Below the pieces are notes generated by a model. It ran no database searches. It was not told the DNA's origin and worked only from the letters and a program-made list of their open reading frames with translations. A stretch of DNA of 63,187 bases, filler included, from Octopus bimaculoides (lineage: Eukaryota): the NCBI RefSeq assembly GCF_001194135.2. It is 4 parts of 4 records of this genome, joined end to end, with 100 filler letters (N's around TTAATTAATTAA, not from the genome) between each part and the next. Parts side by side here need not be neighbours in the genome. Positions count along the whole stretch, not along the records: positions 60,087 to 63,187 come from NC_068983.1; 3 more parts are not named here. The stretch is one strand, 5' to 3'. Shown here in pieces: positions 63,115-63,187 of this stretch (position 1 is the first letter of the stretch; each line of letters opens with the position of its first letter). The position numbers and the translations under genes are program-made.

Positions 63115-63187
63115 CTGCAACTGCAACAACATATTCAATTAACACATATAATGACACAGTATTGACATGATCCCTCTTATATATATA

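Overview
This is eukaryotic, AT-rich, microsatellite-dense DNA with many N gaps. The SINE families and overall style point to an octopus (coleoid cephalopod) assembly; this is an inference. No host protein-coding gene could be supported, and nearly all ORFs in the supplied track are microsatellite or N-gap artefacts. The window is a palimpsest of mobile elements. Retroelements include several tRNA-derived SINE families, decayed RTE and L1/Tx1 LINE fragments, and a 5'-truncated R4/Dong-type element (zinc knuckle plus restriction-like endonuclease) embedded in (TAA)n. Penelope-like elements (PLEs) are represented by an RT fragment, a Naiad-type thumb plus GIY-YIG fragment, and pseudo-LTR pieces with atypical hammerhead-like motifs. 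DNA elements include mariner remnants, Helitron termini and several MITEs. The most notable items are: (1) an 818-bp Merlin-like foldback MITE with an exact 8-bp TSD and head-to-head telomeric repeats at its centre; (2) PLE-derived hammerhead-like motifs with non-canonical 8-nt cores; (3) a compact pseudoknot/hairpin motif at about 37.75 kb; (4) a perfect 174-bp inverted repeat; (5) an inverted duplication at 56-58 kb. Three N44-TTAATTAATTAA-N44 blocks are artificial scaffold spacers. Alignments and translations were done by eye, so boundaries of decayed elements are approximate.
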